Part shown: positions 1-14,789 of the stretch, piece after piece
Position numbering within the stretch: the first letter of the stretch is position 1
Layout: each line of letters begins with the position of its first letter
Source: Lingula anatina
Taxonomy: Eukaryota; Animalia; Brachiopoda
DNA length: 64,000 nt
Assembly (NCBI GenBank): GCA_051362555.1
Contig: CM120640.1
Location: 49,330,788 to 49,394,787 of the forward strand
Reading direction: 5' to 3'
Notes under the pieces: generated by a model
What the model was told of the DNA's origin: nothing
Seen by the model: the letters and a program-made list of their open reading frames with translations, nothing else
Databases searched by the model: none
Made by a program: the position numbers and the translations under genes

Positions 1-494
1 AGTGGATTACTAACTGTATGAAATTAATGCCACTAATTTCAAACCGTTAAAACGAAAGTAAGGTATAGATTTCGATTGTGCCAAGTGGAATTGTGAAAAG
101 TGGAATTCACATAAAAGACTAATGCCATATAAAATGCCTTTTCAGTACATTTTTCAGGTACCTTATAACTAATTGGCTGAATTTATGCTTGACTAAGTAA
201 CTTAGTTAATGATTGATTGACTGACTGACTGGCAATCTAACTGACCAACTTTTTAACTATAAGCAACTAACTTACTGGTCATCTTACTTACTCATTTTTA
301 ACATACCTCTCGTCGTCCTGCGGTCTATCCACATTACGTCTTTACTGTATGTCTTACTCCCTGTCCCTTTTTTTATAACCACTTCCAAGTCTCCCGCCAA
401 CCCACACCGTCATCATACCTACCCACATGCCCGCTTATCTGCCTACCTATAGGTACATGTACATATCTGCCTGACTGACGGCATACCTTTCCTT

Positions 495-591
495 ACACAC
501 GCGCGCGCGCGCGTATGTATGCCAACATACACACACACACATACACACCCGCACGCGCGCATGCATGCGAACACACACACACACACACACA

Positions 592-624
<33 letters not shown>

Positions 625-635
625 CTTTTTTTTTT
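495..635. repeat. Compound microsatellite (CA)n/(CG)n/(CT)n plus T-run
   Basis: cacacacgcgcgcgcgcgcg, (ca)n, (ct)n and poly-T are directly visible; they explain the spurious HTHT/SLSL/CVCV ORFs. Confidence 0.95.
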
Positions 636-2099
636 CATGCACTGATTACATCCAACCGTCCATGCACCCAGGTTCCATGTCATCCATTCACGCACGCAAT
701 CATTCATCCATCATGTGATATATGCAATTCAATGACTCTCTCTTTCATTTTCTTTTGTACAAATTTCCTACGAACACCACAGAATATAACACCAAGTAAG
801 TCAACCCTTTGTTGCCTAACATGGGTACATGCGCGCTGATGTGTTAGAAGGGAAGCAGGTATGCATATGATTGATGCACGTAGTTGTATTGGTGTGATTG
901 TTTTGTCTAAACTCCCTTATCATTTGCGCTACGAAAACATAGTTGAGGCAGAGACAGTGACTCATGTGATAGCTTAATTGAGCCATAGCAAACTAATGCT
1001 ACGAAGTCATTGTTTAGCGATTCAGGCACCTATGTTAATGATATTTCCACAGACTTTGTATATTTGTTCAAAACACAAAAGAGCTATTCTGTTTATCAAA
1101 TCGTGGTGAACCAAAGATACTTGAGCAGTGATTTAAAACTGAAAATAGCTAGTCTGCGAAGGGACATTAATTAGTCCAATTTACTGAATCGTTTACCCTC
1201 AATATATGGATAACTAATAAATCTATTAAATGTGAACTCTAACTTGGCAGAAGCATCTGGGCAAACTTACTTGAAATGCCTTGTGCTTGGCCAAACTTAA
1301 AGTATTTGCAAATAATACATTAGATTTAAAGTTATTTCATGTTATTTTGTTTTCAGTGGCTTTGGTTGATTTAACCATCTAGTTTGATCATATCAAAACA
1401 CAAAACAGAAACAATTTGATTACATTTTCACACGATCGTTTGAAGATGCTCTTTGTCTTTTTATTGATTTCTGTCACTTTGGCTGTAAATGTTGGTAAAC
1501 TTAAAGATATAAAAGACGATATATAGCCATTGTATACAGTCAAACTTTGCTAGGTTATACCCATCTACGCACATTAGAGAGTACTTTATAGGTTCTAGTA
1601 TCACATCTAGTTAGCAAATGGCCACTGGTCCTCTTGGAAGGAGAACAGGAAATTGTCTGTTAAGAAGAGTTATCTTTTATATATGGTATAACACGTAATC
1701 TTGACATCTTTTTTATTTTTATTTATCACGAGTACTTTTATTTATCACGATTCAGTATTTAGTTTTTTAATGTGAAAATTCACCGTGATAAAGAGATAAA
1801 CGATTGATATATTGTAACACAGTTTTCGAATTTTGGACTTAAACCTCATTTTATGGTTTCCCTTCAAAAATTATCGACTATTGTACACGGTATCATTCAC
1901 TCAAGGTAACAGACTTGCTATTTTCTCTGATTGGTTCCACTGAATCCATTTATAAGGTAGGTCTAAAGGTAAGCTTCAGGTCAAATTACAGTTGCAGTTG
2001 TCTTTATTAGACTTTACTTCTACTTCAAAGTTATAATGTACAAACTCTTTCTATGTCAATTTTTTGTGACATATGCTGCAATTTTAAGAATGAGCATAC

Positions 2100-2930
2100 A
2101 GAGAGCTGTTCATCATGTCATTCGACACCAGTGACACTTGTGATACAAAGTGGTCGCCGGAAAAGACGAGCACCAGAGCCAACAGGCCTCTATTTTACTA
2201 CCAAAGGTACGAAGGTTTGATTCGTGCAATGAATTGGTCACCCAACTTGCAACCACTGTTATTAAAAGAACTACTCAAAGATGGCGCCTACGTTTCAAAA
2301 AATTATGGCAGCAATGCCAGGAAGAGAAATATTATCACTTTTATAAACCGGCGGAAAGAGTGACATGGACTTCAAAAATCACTGCATGCATCGTACCCAG
2401 TACGTTGGATATGGCGCCATTATGCGTTTTACGATGAGTCCATTTTCATCCTTACAACGTGTTAGTACCAGTATAATTATTGAAATATTTAGCACTACCT
2501 ACCTGCCAGACTACATACGATCCCTCACAATTAAGGCAATCGGCTATAATAATGGTTTGGAGATGCAGCAGATACTACGGTATTGGCGAACTGGTTCTGG
2601 TTAATGGAAACCCCAACAAAAACGCTACATTAGAATCCGGGGTCAGCACCTTTTGGCATCGAAGAAAACATCTCTGTGGACAGGAATCAACAGTTTACTT
2701 TGAAGGTTGATAATAGCACACCGCACAGAACCAGGGCAGACCAAGAGATGCTTCACCCGGAAGGCATCAATAGGGTAGATTGGGCGGCGCAATCCTCAGA
2801 CGCATGTTTCATTAAAACCTGTGTGATGAAATTGGCAATCAACTGGCAAAGGATCACTCCTTGCGAAAAACGCCTAAATTCAAAGCTGGAGTCAACTAAG
2901 TCCCCTGAAGATTACATCGCTTGAAGGTTT
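2100..2930 (+). pseudogene. Degenerate Tc1/mariner-family transposase
   Basis: Frame-shifted pieces resemble Tc1 motifs: KVRRFDSCNEL..IKRTTQRWRL (HTH region), gatgagtcc (DES), IMVWRCSRYYGIGELVLVNGN (cf. VMVWG...G.G.L..V.G) and DNSTPHRTR..MLHPEGINRVDWAAQSSD (cf. DNAPxH...WPxxSPDLNPIE). Confidence 0.8.
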
Positions 2931-4390
2931 TGAGGTGATGAGGCTATCCTACAACATATAGTATTGAAATACAAACGTAAGAACAAAAATTTTGCAAGGA
3001 AAAGCATTGGCCTGTAGTAAAGCCATTCACTTTAACTCCCCAAATTTCAATTAAAGAGGAAAGGGAAAAACCTAAAAAATTCAAGTACCGTTCATCAAAA
3101 AGAATCACGCTGCAGTGCTTTGCCACCCCATCCCCCTGTATAATGTCACAAAGTTATAAATCAACAATTTTGACCTCACGACAACTTGCGTCAAACGCCA
3201 ACAATGCCATCAAAACTAAGGTAATATTATGAAAGCAAATCTATCATGCTACCAACATCTTTGCTTACTGAAATTTTACAAATGACGTCAGAAGATATTG
3301 TGGAAAAAACTCAAACAGCGTGAGCTTTGTGGAGGTGCATACTTAATCAAGTAAACAATGGCAGCGAGGCCTCTAACTTGACATGGCCAAGCGATGGTCC
3401 CTAGTGTTCGCGTGTAAATGCTTTCATCATTATTTCTTCAACGTGCTTTTCAGCAGAACACGATGAAAAGTCAAGATTACAAAAATGTCCGATCGAAGAG
3501 ATGCTCTGGAGAGTTTGTTTGGTAATTCGGATTCTTTTTTCTTATTTGGACTTTCTGTATCTTGACCAGTTTATATCTTGTAGCATATTCACTTGTTAAC
3601 GCAAATAACACTTTGCAAAAACAGTAATGAAAGTATGTCATTATCTAATGGGAACGGTGCACATGACTAATTTCACCCAACAGTTTCGTTTCAAGGCCAA
3701 GACTCATGTAAACACGACAGAAAATTAAACGAAGAAATTCGTTAACTGATTTTGCTGTGACACTGATAAGCAGTAAGATAGAAGAAAACATAGATTAAGT
3801 TAATATCGACGAACCAACAACAAAGAGGAAATAGCGTTTGGGTAATGTTTGTTTCATAACTTATGATTACAGGAGATTACCCATGAGGAAATGTATTATT
3901 GCATTACGTTTAGGTAACTGACTTGTAGGTGACAGCCAGCTTCCATTTTGGTTTATTCCCTACGCAAATATGGATTGCAGTATCTTCATTTTGATTTGTG
4001 CCTTAATGCGGTGCCTTATAAGTTTTGGTTGTTTGAAATAATTTAGATTTATGCATAAATGTAATAAAACATAAGGTAATGAAACAAAATGTCCCAATGT
4101 CCCATTCTGAATTAACAGTTCAGTTGATTTATCCTATTCCATGTTTTTCATTATTAACAATTAAAAGCTACAAACGTGTACTATTGTACTGTTTTGAATG
4201 AACACCTTTAGTAGAGCTATTCCACTTACATATACAAATGATAGTCCACAAGCGTGTTCACAAAGACATATTTTTATGCAGTGCATGTGTTTTGTATCTC
4301 TACTTCCAGAAACTATCATTGACTACGTCCCTACGACTGTTAAACTCAAATCGGAAATTACGTCCCGTAAGGTTAAGATAACAAATTAAA

Positions 4391-4588
4391 GATAAGGTAA
4401 ATATTCCCGACTCAGAACTACGATACTTATTCAATAGACGTTTCTTTTTTCTTTTGAGTAAGGTGTCGCTGCTAGTCACTGTAATGCTAGACAAGGTAAA
4501 TGTCCCTGACTCAGAACTACAATACTTATTCAATAAACGTTTCTTTTTTCTTTTGAGTAAGGTGTCGATACTAGTCATTGTAATGACT
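4391..4588. repeat. Local tandem duplication, 2 x ~99 bp
   Basis: Unit ga(t/c)aaggtaaat...gactcagaactac...ttttgagtaaggtgtcg...gtaatg starts at 4391 and again at 4490. Confidence 0.9.
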
Positions 4589-4663
4589 GAAAATAATTTA
4601 TTTTCATATAGACTGTGTACTTTGCATCTACGTTATCACGTACTGATTTTTAATGGTAAGCCT

Positions 4664-4877
4664 TAACCCCCCTTTACATTGGACGGCGTCTTTTCTGCGT
4701 CCCGTAGTACGGTCCCGTTTCAGAGTTAAAAAAATACTTTACGTGCCGACAACTGGCTGATCATTGAGCATCCATTCTGCAACCAAAGCGATGCTTGTGC
4801 CACCTTTCTACGACCACAGCAATGGCAGTTTTATGGTCGCAGACAGAACGCCGTCCAGTGTAAAGGGGGGGGGGTTA
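4664..4877. mobile_element. MITE with ~25-bp TIRs (Harbinger- or piggyBac-like)
   Basis: taacccccctttacattggacggcgt ... acgccgtccagtgtaaagggggggggg-tta form an inverted pair; flanks ttaa/ttat, so the TSD is ambiguous. Confidence 0.7.
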
Positions 4878-7800
4878 TGATAGACATTTGTTTAACTAAT
4901 AATTGCTGTTCCACACATCAGTGACGTCTGTCTCTGTTGTAGGAAAAATTTGTAATATATATGTATATATCCAGATCTACGAAAAAATGATGTGATAACA
5001 AATTTAGATCCAGCGTAAATTCAACATTTAATCCACATCATACGCGTATGTCCGAGACGCAGGTGTTTTTGAAATGCTATGACATTATTGGATTATGGTG
5101 CGGCTATCGTTGTGGTAACATCAATTACTTAGAGAAAAATATTCAATTCTAAATCTACTACTACAACACTTTGATCTAAATCTACTGCTTTATAAAACAT
5201 CTTATCTAAGTTCAAAGCTTTTAAACACCCAATATCCAAGGGTTTCTGACACACTCATCTGCCAGATTCAAAATAACGAACTACAGCGAAATTGCTTCTA
5301 TTAGCTCGACTTAACAATTATAGTTTCGACAGCTGGTATAGATGTTGCTGAGACGTATGTGCGAATATATGGTGAATTTGTCTGAAGTGTTGGGCTTCGT
5401 ATAATGAATGGCCGCTACAGGCAATATCATATTACCCAGAAGAAGCATAAAAGCCCAACTTTTCAATACCTCTATGTCATTGTAGGATCAAGTGTACATT
5501 TACAGCCATCACAGCAGACACACCATGCAAGAACTGGTTGTCTTTCAGACGGCGAGCATCCATCCGTTATGCTTGCACTTTGTTTCTGCACTGTTGGTTT
5601 CATGTTGGACAAATAGTTTGCTAACGATAGGCACATACGTGTGCATGTTATATTTTATAACCACAACAGCATTCATCCACTTCGGGTTAATAACATATTA
5701 AATGATATGTACATCTATGTGTGTATTATTTATTGTTGTGAATCTTGTCTTATGAATGTTAAGTATTCATTGGATCTCACTTCTCCATGATTACTAACCG
5801 ACTTGCAAAAATGCCGGCTCATCTGAATAATATCTTGGGACAAAGTAGACCGTACACGCTGCACATAAGTGCCCCGGAATTAGATTGAAACCTAAACCAA
5901 CATGATGGATGAAAAATCGCTAGGCTTAACAGATACACGTTATGAGGGTGGAAAGCAATATAGTTTGGTGCGTAAATACACGCAGCGAACTTCGGGCTTA
6001 TAGACTTTGTAAATATTTAATATATGTCATCTTAACCTTAGTAAATTACAGTACTAATCCTTTATTTTGAATAACAAGTGGTTTTTGAAATATTTATGTT
6101 AGACACTCCCAAATCTGATTTCTCAAAAACGGAATAAACATTGTGTTACTAAAGGATATGGTGCTATTGGTACTTGATGCTTAAAACTCAGCGGAATAGT
6201 GACAGCAAGATAACTTAGAAACAAATATCCGTTTAGCTTATCAGTATTTTGGGTAACATAAATAACCATGGTATAATGGGTGATAATCGAATATTTCCCT
6301 GAAGTAAGGCCACAACTGAGTTTTGCTGATACTACTTTAAGTTGAATAAGGGAAAGATTTGATGCCAAAGTAACAGTTCTTATAACTAAACATAATAAAA
6401 GCGAGCTCAGCCTACCGTTAGCGTCATCATATGGGGTCGTTTGCCTCCAAAACTGTTTCACTGTGTCCTTTTGTTGAATGCAGCAGGTAGAGGAGATCAG
6501 GGTTACCTCGTCAGGTCAGTAACCACAGTGCTTGTCTGTATTATATTTCCGTGCTCCTCTGGCTCACGGCTGCAATGTTCATAGACAACATTTACTTCCT
6601 CAGTAAAATGTTCCCTTAAAGTAAAAAAGGTCACAGTTTTGCAAATGTGAGATAGTCTATGTACTCTAATGCTCCAAGTTAAAACAAGTGTACTGTTCTT
6701 CATACGATGTGGCGTACTTTTTCATTTTTCACGTGGTACTTTTTGCTCTTATTATGGTATCCATGAATTAATCGGTGGAACGATAAATGATAAACACTGT
6801 ATGATTAATTCACTGCTTTACTAAATATGGCAATTTCCGATCGAAGCACAAAGGAGAAAGAATCTATAAAAAACCGCCAGTGCCTTTGCAACACAACACT
6901 TTAAAAGCTTGCGCTGCCTTGGTCATTGTTCTTAATTCGATCAAGTTAAAGTTGTTTGTGCTATGGAGGAAAACATTAACAGTTATTTGCAGTTCTCAGA
7001 CACAAGATTGACGATCTGATCATTAGCCGTTAATTATCGATTCCAAACCGGCCAGCAATCGTTTCCATAGCTCGAAACTATCAATTTCAATAAGACTACT
7101 CTATGGTATTAGCCTTCTTGCAGATACTGGCATCGAGCTATGCAATCAGCCACAAAAGCGTTATTTCATTAGGGACCGAATCATCGGACAGCTACATACA
7201 CATCACCTTTATGGCTAAAGCAAATGTCAATCCCAGGTGTTCCAAACAACTTACCTGGACCGTAACAGCTCTGTCTCGACAGAATGGAAAGATATTGCAT
7301 GCGCAGCTCATGATCTATCCTCAATTTTTACTGAATGAGCACATACCTGCCTACCCACACACAGCAACAGTGCATATTACCCCTTCACTTCAAAGTGGCT
7401 GTGTATGTAAGCATCTTCTACATGCCAACTGACAACCCTTGGTCAGATGCATCAGGGGTAGTTAACGCAGTGATTTGTTTGTGAGTTGCCGGGAATGCAC
7501 ATTAATGAAAAGTTGTCATAATGGCTGATGAATGTCTGTTCATCCACACCACAGCCTACCAGGGACTAATATGGCGGGGAAGGTGAAAGATTAACTGCAG
7601 CGGGAAATAAAAAAACGAAGACCTTGCGAAGAAGGAAACTGTGGATTGGATTGTAGGGTCTGGATCCAACATTTCTGCGTGTTTGGTTAACCAATATTGC
7701 CACGCTACAATGACCGTTTAAGTCAAGCTATCCGATTTAAAACTCATTTGTAATGGCTAATTCATATAGGAATAATAAATCCCAAAACAACCCGAGTGTT

Positions 7801-8067
7801 ATGACAGATATACCCAAAGTGGCCTCAAATAACCTTGGTTTCAATATTGGGTCTATGGCACATCATGAAATGAATATACATGTATTTCCCCTAAAAGCAT
7901 GCCCTTGGCCGATTTCCTTTCGTTTGATTAATGGACTGTGATTGGAGACACGTCATTAAGTTTCCAAACAAGAGCATATGCACTCCTACGTTATACCGGA
8001 GTTCTTCAACATAAGGGGCGAAGAAAAACTGCTTGTCTTTCCTTTATGAAAATGAAAATGAAAACAT

Positions 8068-8068
<1 letters not shown>

Positions 8069-8106
<38 letters not shown>
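8069..8106. repeat. (GT)n microsatellite
   Basis: Perfect GT dinucleotide run. Confidence 0.95.
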
Positions 8107-8108
<2 letters not shown>

Positions 8109-10849
8109 ATTCACTTTTTAGAATGAGTATTGAATTCGGTGAGTTTTTAAATAAGGTGATAGATACAAATGGGTCTTTGGACAGAAAGTTGCAATGTCAA
8201 TTATTCCCACATAGTTTTCACGACATGTCAGGAGACATGTAAACATGATAAGACGGTCTAAAAATGCCAGAGCACGTGTCACCTTCTTGGAACGCCACTT
8301 TTATCAGAAACAGTTTTGCAATATGACACCTCCCTGTTTCCACAAGGTATCACTGATAATGGAATCATAGCAATGTCAATGTCATTAGTATGTACGGTAA
8401 AAGTGCGGACTTCTCCTTCACTTCCATCAAAGTCTTCAACTATCATGCATATTAGATCAGAGAATAATAAGGCGACCGGGTAGTGTATGGTTGCTCATTT
8501 GAATAGCTCTCAGTATCGTCTAATTGGTGTAGCTTTTCACAATGTATTGATTATCCTGTCAGTTAGCTCATATAACAGGCCACTTGGTTCTTAATCTATG
8601 ACGTTTGTCATGACATGGGGAAACATGGACAGATTTTGCTTTATTATTTAAATGAAAGACCATTTGTGAGGTCATATACATGTATATATTCAATTTCTAT
8701 TGGTTCTTTTCTAACCGTGACTCCAAACCAATAAAGCGTCTGAGACATGCGGCATTTTCAAAAACAAACATGAAACTTCGTTGACGTTTATTGGAGGTAT
8801 AAGGTAACCTTATATAAACTGATTCTGTAGTGCATGTACAAATGAAATTTATACAAAAGGATGAATTTGTATTGCTGAGGCATTACCTTATTGGTGGAAT
8901 CCACATCCAGTTACGCTACAATGGCTCAGATTACAGGCTTTGTGGTCTACAATAGTTCCACAGATACATGTAGGCCTACCATAGTTAAATATTTTAAAAA
9001 GAGGATATATATCACATCCTCTATTGTAAGCTAGATGCGGAGACAAAACGTGACATGTAATCTGGTACGGAGAACCAGGTGCAGTTTCCACAGATGATGC
9101 ACAATGAAATCCAAATACTCACTTTATGTCTCCTCCTCCTTCCTAGTGCACCACAAACTTTCATAATTCCATTCACAACAAGAAAGAAGGGAACAAAGAA
9201 TATTGGTTGTTCGATATTTGGCCAAACAAGGCCGCATTTATTATACATAACCACACTATACTAACAATTAATGTAACAAATTGTTGCCTGTTATAAATGT
9301 TATGACCTAAGGGATAAAGGTTATATATCAAATATTCGATACGACTCATCATCCTAAAAATTATGATGCATCTCTATACTGTCTCCTGAAAAATAGAATC
9401 TGAAAAAAGTTGTTGGTTACAAATGCCATGGTCACATGAAACGTAGTTCAATGAAATGAATTTTTTAAAATTTCTCAAAGGAACGGACAGTTCTCCTTCC
9501 TAGGTCAAGAATTTTTGCAACATTTCCCATGAGACCGCTTTCTCTTTTTTCTTTTTTGACTAAAAAGCTTCATCTACAAAACTAAATTAAGACGTATTTG
9601 CAACAGACACATGATCAAACTATTCCATTATGAATAAGCTCCTTCTCAATCCGCTTACAAGTACGCGGTACTTCGTCGTGACTTTTTTATCTATTCATTT
9701 AGTTTCATATTGAAAAATGCACAAGGTGATTCTGGAGTTACATCTACCGGTTAGAGTAAAGACTTGGCATTTAATATGAAATATTTCAGTTTAAAAGGTA
9801 TGTCTAGGTATAAAACGCGTTGTTTAAAAAACTTTTATCTCATCTGAGATATGTGAATACAGAAATGTGTACACATTTGTAAGCACCAAAATTAATTGAC
9901 CACCCAATATGCGGCAACTTCATTGGGTGGTACACTTTGGGCTGGTTTGACTATAATGTACTGTTTAAATATATGAACGAACAGATTATTGTGCCACAGT
10001 GGTGTACCTAAGCAGAGGCCATGTCAAGGGTGTCTACAACTTACTACCAGAAAACAGGACCCATAGTTCTTACAGTTTTGCTGCTACAACTAAACAAAGG
10101 CAACACGTTCTCTTTAGAACGAAAAGTAGATTGCCAACAGAAAGCGTTTTAAGGCCATTTGAAAACTCCAGCGTGGTTTTAGCATGTAACTATACCAGAC
10201 GACTTCTAAGAAAGGCATTGTGAACAGCACATAATGGTCGTCGATTTTTTTTTTTACATCAACGGTTTCGGGCACAACATTGCATTCATGTGCCTTTCAC
10301 TATTGAGGTCAGATTTCATTTGTATCGCCAAGCTGGTCAAATCAGAGTCCACAGACAACCATGAAGAGGTCTACGACATAGCGTTTGTCGCCCCTAGAGT
10401 GACTGAGGTCGGTGATCACATCAGTTTTTGGTGTGGAATTCACACTGGTGCCAAATAAAAAAAAAATGTAAATCATCGATGGAAACTTGAACCATGTCAG
10501 ATACAGGAATATTCTGGAAAAAACTTGCCTGCCGTTTGTTAAAGGGCACCCCAGGAATTAAATTTTTGTACAAGATGAAAATGTCTGTCCACAAAGAGCA
10601 ATCTCCTTGTCACTGCCACAAGGTGTCGCTAAGAAGCGCTCATTTCTTTTTTGAAATTACAAGTAGACATATAATTTTTAACAGAACTCAAGGTGCTTGA
10701 CAGTATCTGTACATAACATTCCTAATAGTTCGGCTTACGGAGTGGTTGTAAGTTTTGATTTCAAAAAGAATCAAATCACGAAAGTTTTTAAATATACTTA
10801 AAATTGTTCATAATATGTGAAAAGAGAAAGTCTTCTTACTCCAAAGCGG

Positions 10850-11340
10850 TTGACAGATGTTTTTAAAGAACTTTCGCACCTGCAAGCGGAATACATAAAA
10901 AACCTACGCAGACTGTTAGTAAGCAGAAAGAAGGACAATCTATCCAAGTATTGAAAACAAGATTAGGTCACGCTTCTATCCATCACAAGTAATCTCATAA
11001 ACAGGTCAGACCTTAATAAAATGACGATACCATCAAGGAGGAAATAACCGAGATGATTTTTAGAAGCAGTTCCTATCAGGGACCACTTCTTCACACTTTG
11101 GCGAACAAAAAAGAAAAAGCAATAAATTTAATGACACAGTCTTTGAAATTTGCATTGATTTTTAGAATGCGTTTGACAACACGTATCGACCGGTACTTTG
11201 TCAAAAATGCAGGAATAAAATCTCCCAGCTAACTTGATAACAATCGTCAGAGAGGCCCTACAAAATTCACAACGCTCGTAAAAGAAGCCCCTTTTATTTC
11301 ATCTAAGCCAGTCAGGAGTGCAAGACCATTTTGTTTGAAG
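10850..11340 (+). mobile_element. Highly degraded LINE (RTE-like) reverse transcriptase fragment
   Basis: Interrupted translations resemble the RT motifs ISLLSITS, GFR...DHIFTL, FIDFxKAFD (tgcattgatttttagaatgcgtttgac) and GVRQ (ggagtgcaa). Confidence 0.6.
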
Positions 11341-11579
11341 GGCTCTCTTGTTCTTGCAAGTTTCTCTTTGTAAAGAGGAGTTATTTATAGATATGAAAAA
11401 TATAAAAGATGTGGTTTTGAATTTCTATAGAAACACAATAATCCCTGGGGAATTAATCTGAATGCAAAGTTAAACCATCAAGTATGGAGCAAAAAAGTCA
11501 AACGGATGACGAAAAAAGAAAAAAAAAACAGGAAAAGGTGTGTTTAGGTGCTGTTGGAACAGTATCCGTACATATTATT

Positions 11580-11853
11580 CAGGCCTACCCAACTACCAGA
11601 CTCGGCACATAAGGATCCTGAATTAACCGGTATATCGGACCACACTACCCGTTTTCAAGGTGTGTGTCAGATCGCATTTCGGAGTATCATACCCCAGAAC
11701 AAATTTTGTAGGAAGACCGCGGGCTCATCCTGTCGGTGTTCTGCCTGATACTCTGAAATGCGATCTGACACATCTTGAAAATGGGTAGTGTGGTCCGATA
11801 TACCGGTTAATTCAGGATCCTTATGTGCCGAGTCTGGTAGTTGGGTAGGCCTG
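11580..11853. mobile_element. Fold-back MITE with ~110-bp TIRs
   Basis: caggcctacccaactaccagactcggcacataaggatcctgaattaaccgg... is almost perfectly inverted at 11745-11853; flanked by a direct repeat ttatt (11575-79, 11854-58). Confidence 0.9.
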
Positions 11854-14789
11854 TTATTGGAACAAAGAAATAAGATTAAATAGTATTGCAGATGTATGAT
11901 GGTCATATGATAAGACCCCCGCTTGTTCTGATTTGGCAAATTGACAAATATGAAGGTTTCCATTAAAAAACGCCCTCGGACATCCTTTGAAAATTTTGAA
12001 TAACAATCAAATCTTTTTTTCGGAGACTGAATATTTACTTAGCTTGAAGGTATCTTCTGACCATTATGATTTGACCAACAGAAAAAAGAAAGTATTTTTC
12101 TGCGTGCTGATCGAATTCTTGCGGCAGTTTACCATGCTTTGAGGTCCAAACTAAAATTATGTGTCAACCATTCGGACATATTGTCTATAAATCAGCTAAA
12201 CGCAGCCCAAAGCATCGGAGAATCTGTCTGCAAAAAAACTCGTGGGAAAAAAAGAATCATATTCATAGAGCATTGTCGCTAAATCCGAAAAAATTAGAGT
12301 CAGTTATGCTGTCTATTTTTCTCACTTAATCCCACTTTTGTATTCATGGAATGTCAAACGTTTTGGTCATATATTGATTTCTGTCTTTTAATACAATAAT
12401 GGGAGCATCTCTTAATATTATAGTAAAATGGACATTACAACGCAAATATTTTAAATTTCTGCATCACAGATGATGGGTATGAACACAAAGCAGCTCGTGT
12501 CCTTGTATTCTTTAATGAAGGCTGTGGATATTATAATTATTCTATAATTCTTCCTTAGTAATTACAGTAATCTCAATGAATATTAAATTACACTATAAAC
12601 GCAGCAAACACCAAGAGAAAAAAAACTGATCAGCCATGCAGTCGACTTCAAAGTGCTGAAAGGTTATTTCACAATTGGTTATACGATTGCTAAGCAATAT
12701 AACTGCAAACATCTTGCTTTCTTGCATATTAGATCTCGCATATTTCACATTTGCAGGTCATTTTAGTGATTATGTCTATTCTCGATTGAATTGCATATAT
12801 TGACATTTTGAAAGCATTTTTATATGGAAAAAAAACTTGATCGATTATCGATGAAAGCGACTTCATCAACTCGAACACGATTTCACAGTGTGACGTGGGT
12901 GAACGCGGGTGCTGTACTAACACTTCATATTTACATTCTCAACATTATTAATATATTCCATTCATCCCATAAAAAGCAGCAAAAAAGAGTGATTCTTTTT
13001 AGCATTCTCAAAGTGAACAAAACGTGATATGCTGAAATGTGAGGTTTGTGGCTTTGTTCGTGCGTGTAGCCAATGCAATTGCATGGTGCAAAAGCTATTA
13101 AAAAAAGGGTTTTGAAAAGTATTCACTATTTCTTGTTTCCAAAGCACCAAAGGTATTAGTCTTTGAATCAGATGTCACGTGTCAGGTATCACAGAACTTT
13201 CTATTCTATCTGGCATATCACACTACAATTTATGCTTATTCAAGCGAAATAAATCCTCATTTAATGGGTACTTCATCTCACACGATGTGATGTTACCCAC
13301 ACAAATACTATTACCAACACACTATACCTTGAAGACAGCAACATTAAAGACGTCATACTGTTTTGCCTAGTATAAATTTATAAAAAACGACTGTGCCATT
13401 TAGGTGGCACATAGATGGGGATGACGCAGTCACTGCCACCTACACGTAAACACACAACGGGCCGTTTCTGTTTAACAACGTTCACAATACGTAATTATGA
13501 GGAAAGTATCTGGCACAAGTTTCGCACCTGCTGCCTCTGCAGTTCTTGTCCTAATGTCGACTCTGACCCCATAGTCGGGATACTTTGTGGTTTGGTAATG
13601 AATGAACCCCGTTAAAACGTTTATGATTATTGCCGTTGGCCACATACAAAGACGCCAAATAGGCCATCTACCTGGTGCACTTTATGCCGGAACTATTGAG
13701 TTAGTTTTAATTAAAGATTTCGCAACCACCTAAACCTTTCAGCAAGATTAAGTAGATTGTTTGTTCCACGATTGTATCTGCCATAAGCAGAAATTCCTGG
13801 AAAATCTGTCTCAAAGTAACACTCCTAATATATTTAAGTATTTATGCTAAATGGATCATATCTCAAACTAAACCAGAGGGCGTACGCCAAAAGTTCATAC
13901 AGTTGTACACTGGCGCCCCCTCATCCCCATGAAAAGAAAAACAATGCTGATGAATAAATGCCTGTCAACGCTGTTGGCTTATTTGTTGAGTTACTTTGAT
14001 CCCTGAAACCAAATCGGTTACTTCACTCTACAACTCTATCTGATTTGCCTGTATTGACAAAGGGGTATTTGCTTGACCTTTAAACCTTGTTTATTTTTCC
14101 GTTTGCCAAGACTGAATGCCCTTGAAACTCCAAGTGGCCACCGAATTCTGGGAGCAGATTCAAATCAGATTTTAAAGACTAAATGCACTTTGTCTTCCAC
14201 GTGATGAATCCTGAAACTGATATTGGTAAAGATTTGTCTCTCTTAGTAGTCCCGGTCGTCAAATTCTTCGACCGCATTTTAAAATGCATTGAGTTTTATT
14301 CAACACTGTTTATCTTTTACGTGGGGTCGACCATATTTAGTCCGCTGATCAGCTTGTCTGCGGATCATCTGTTCATAAAGCGCCCAAATATACATCTTCA
14401 AGTTTTTATAAATCTGCTCAAGTGTCATAACCATACAACAGAGTACAAATTGAGTACAAATTTACTCTCGCAAAGATAAGTGAAAGTGCATTCATTGGGC
14501 AGTTTGGTGACCGTGACCTTCGGTCAAATGGAAAAGGGTTGGTCGATACCATTCAGTGTATAACCACCTGAAGTTTTCTATTGAATGCGTACGAAAAGAA
14601 CCTATGGTATCATACGTGGGTTAACCACAGAGAATCCGTAACGCGAATACGTGTATCAAAACACCTGCTCCTCCATGTTACGTGGTCGGTTGACATTTTC
14701 CTTTTTGAGTTGACATCGATTTACCTGTTGAATGGTAATTTAGGAGAAAATATTGTGCAAAATAAAATTTACGTTATAGAAGTAATGGT

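Noticed and set aside
447-839. ORFs rich in HT/SL/CV dipeptides
   Set aside because: Translations of microsatellites.
5470-5620. Cys-rich minus-strand peptide resembling a transposase C-terminal zinc motif
   Set aside because: Too short and degenerate to support a call.
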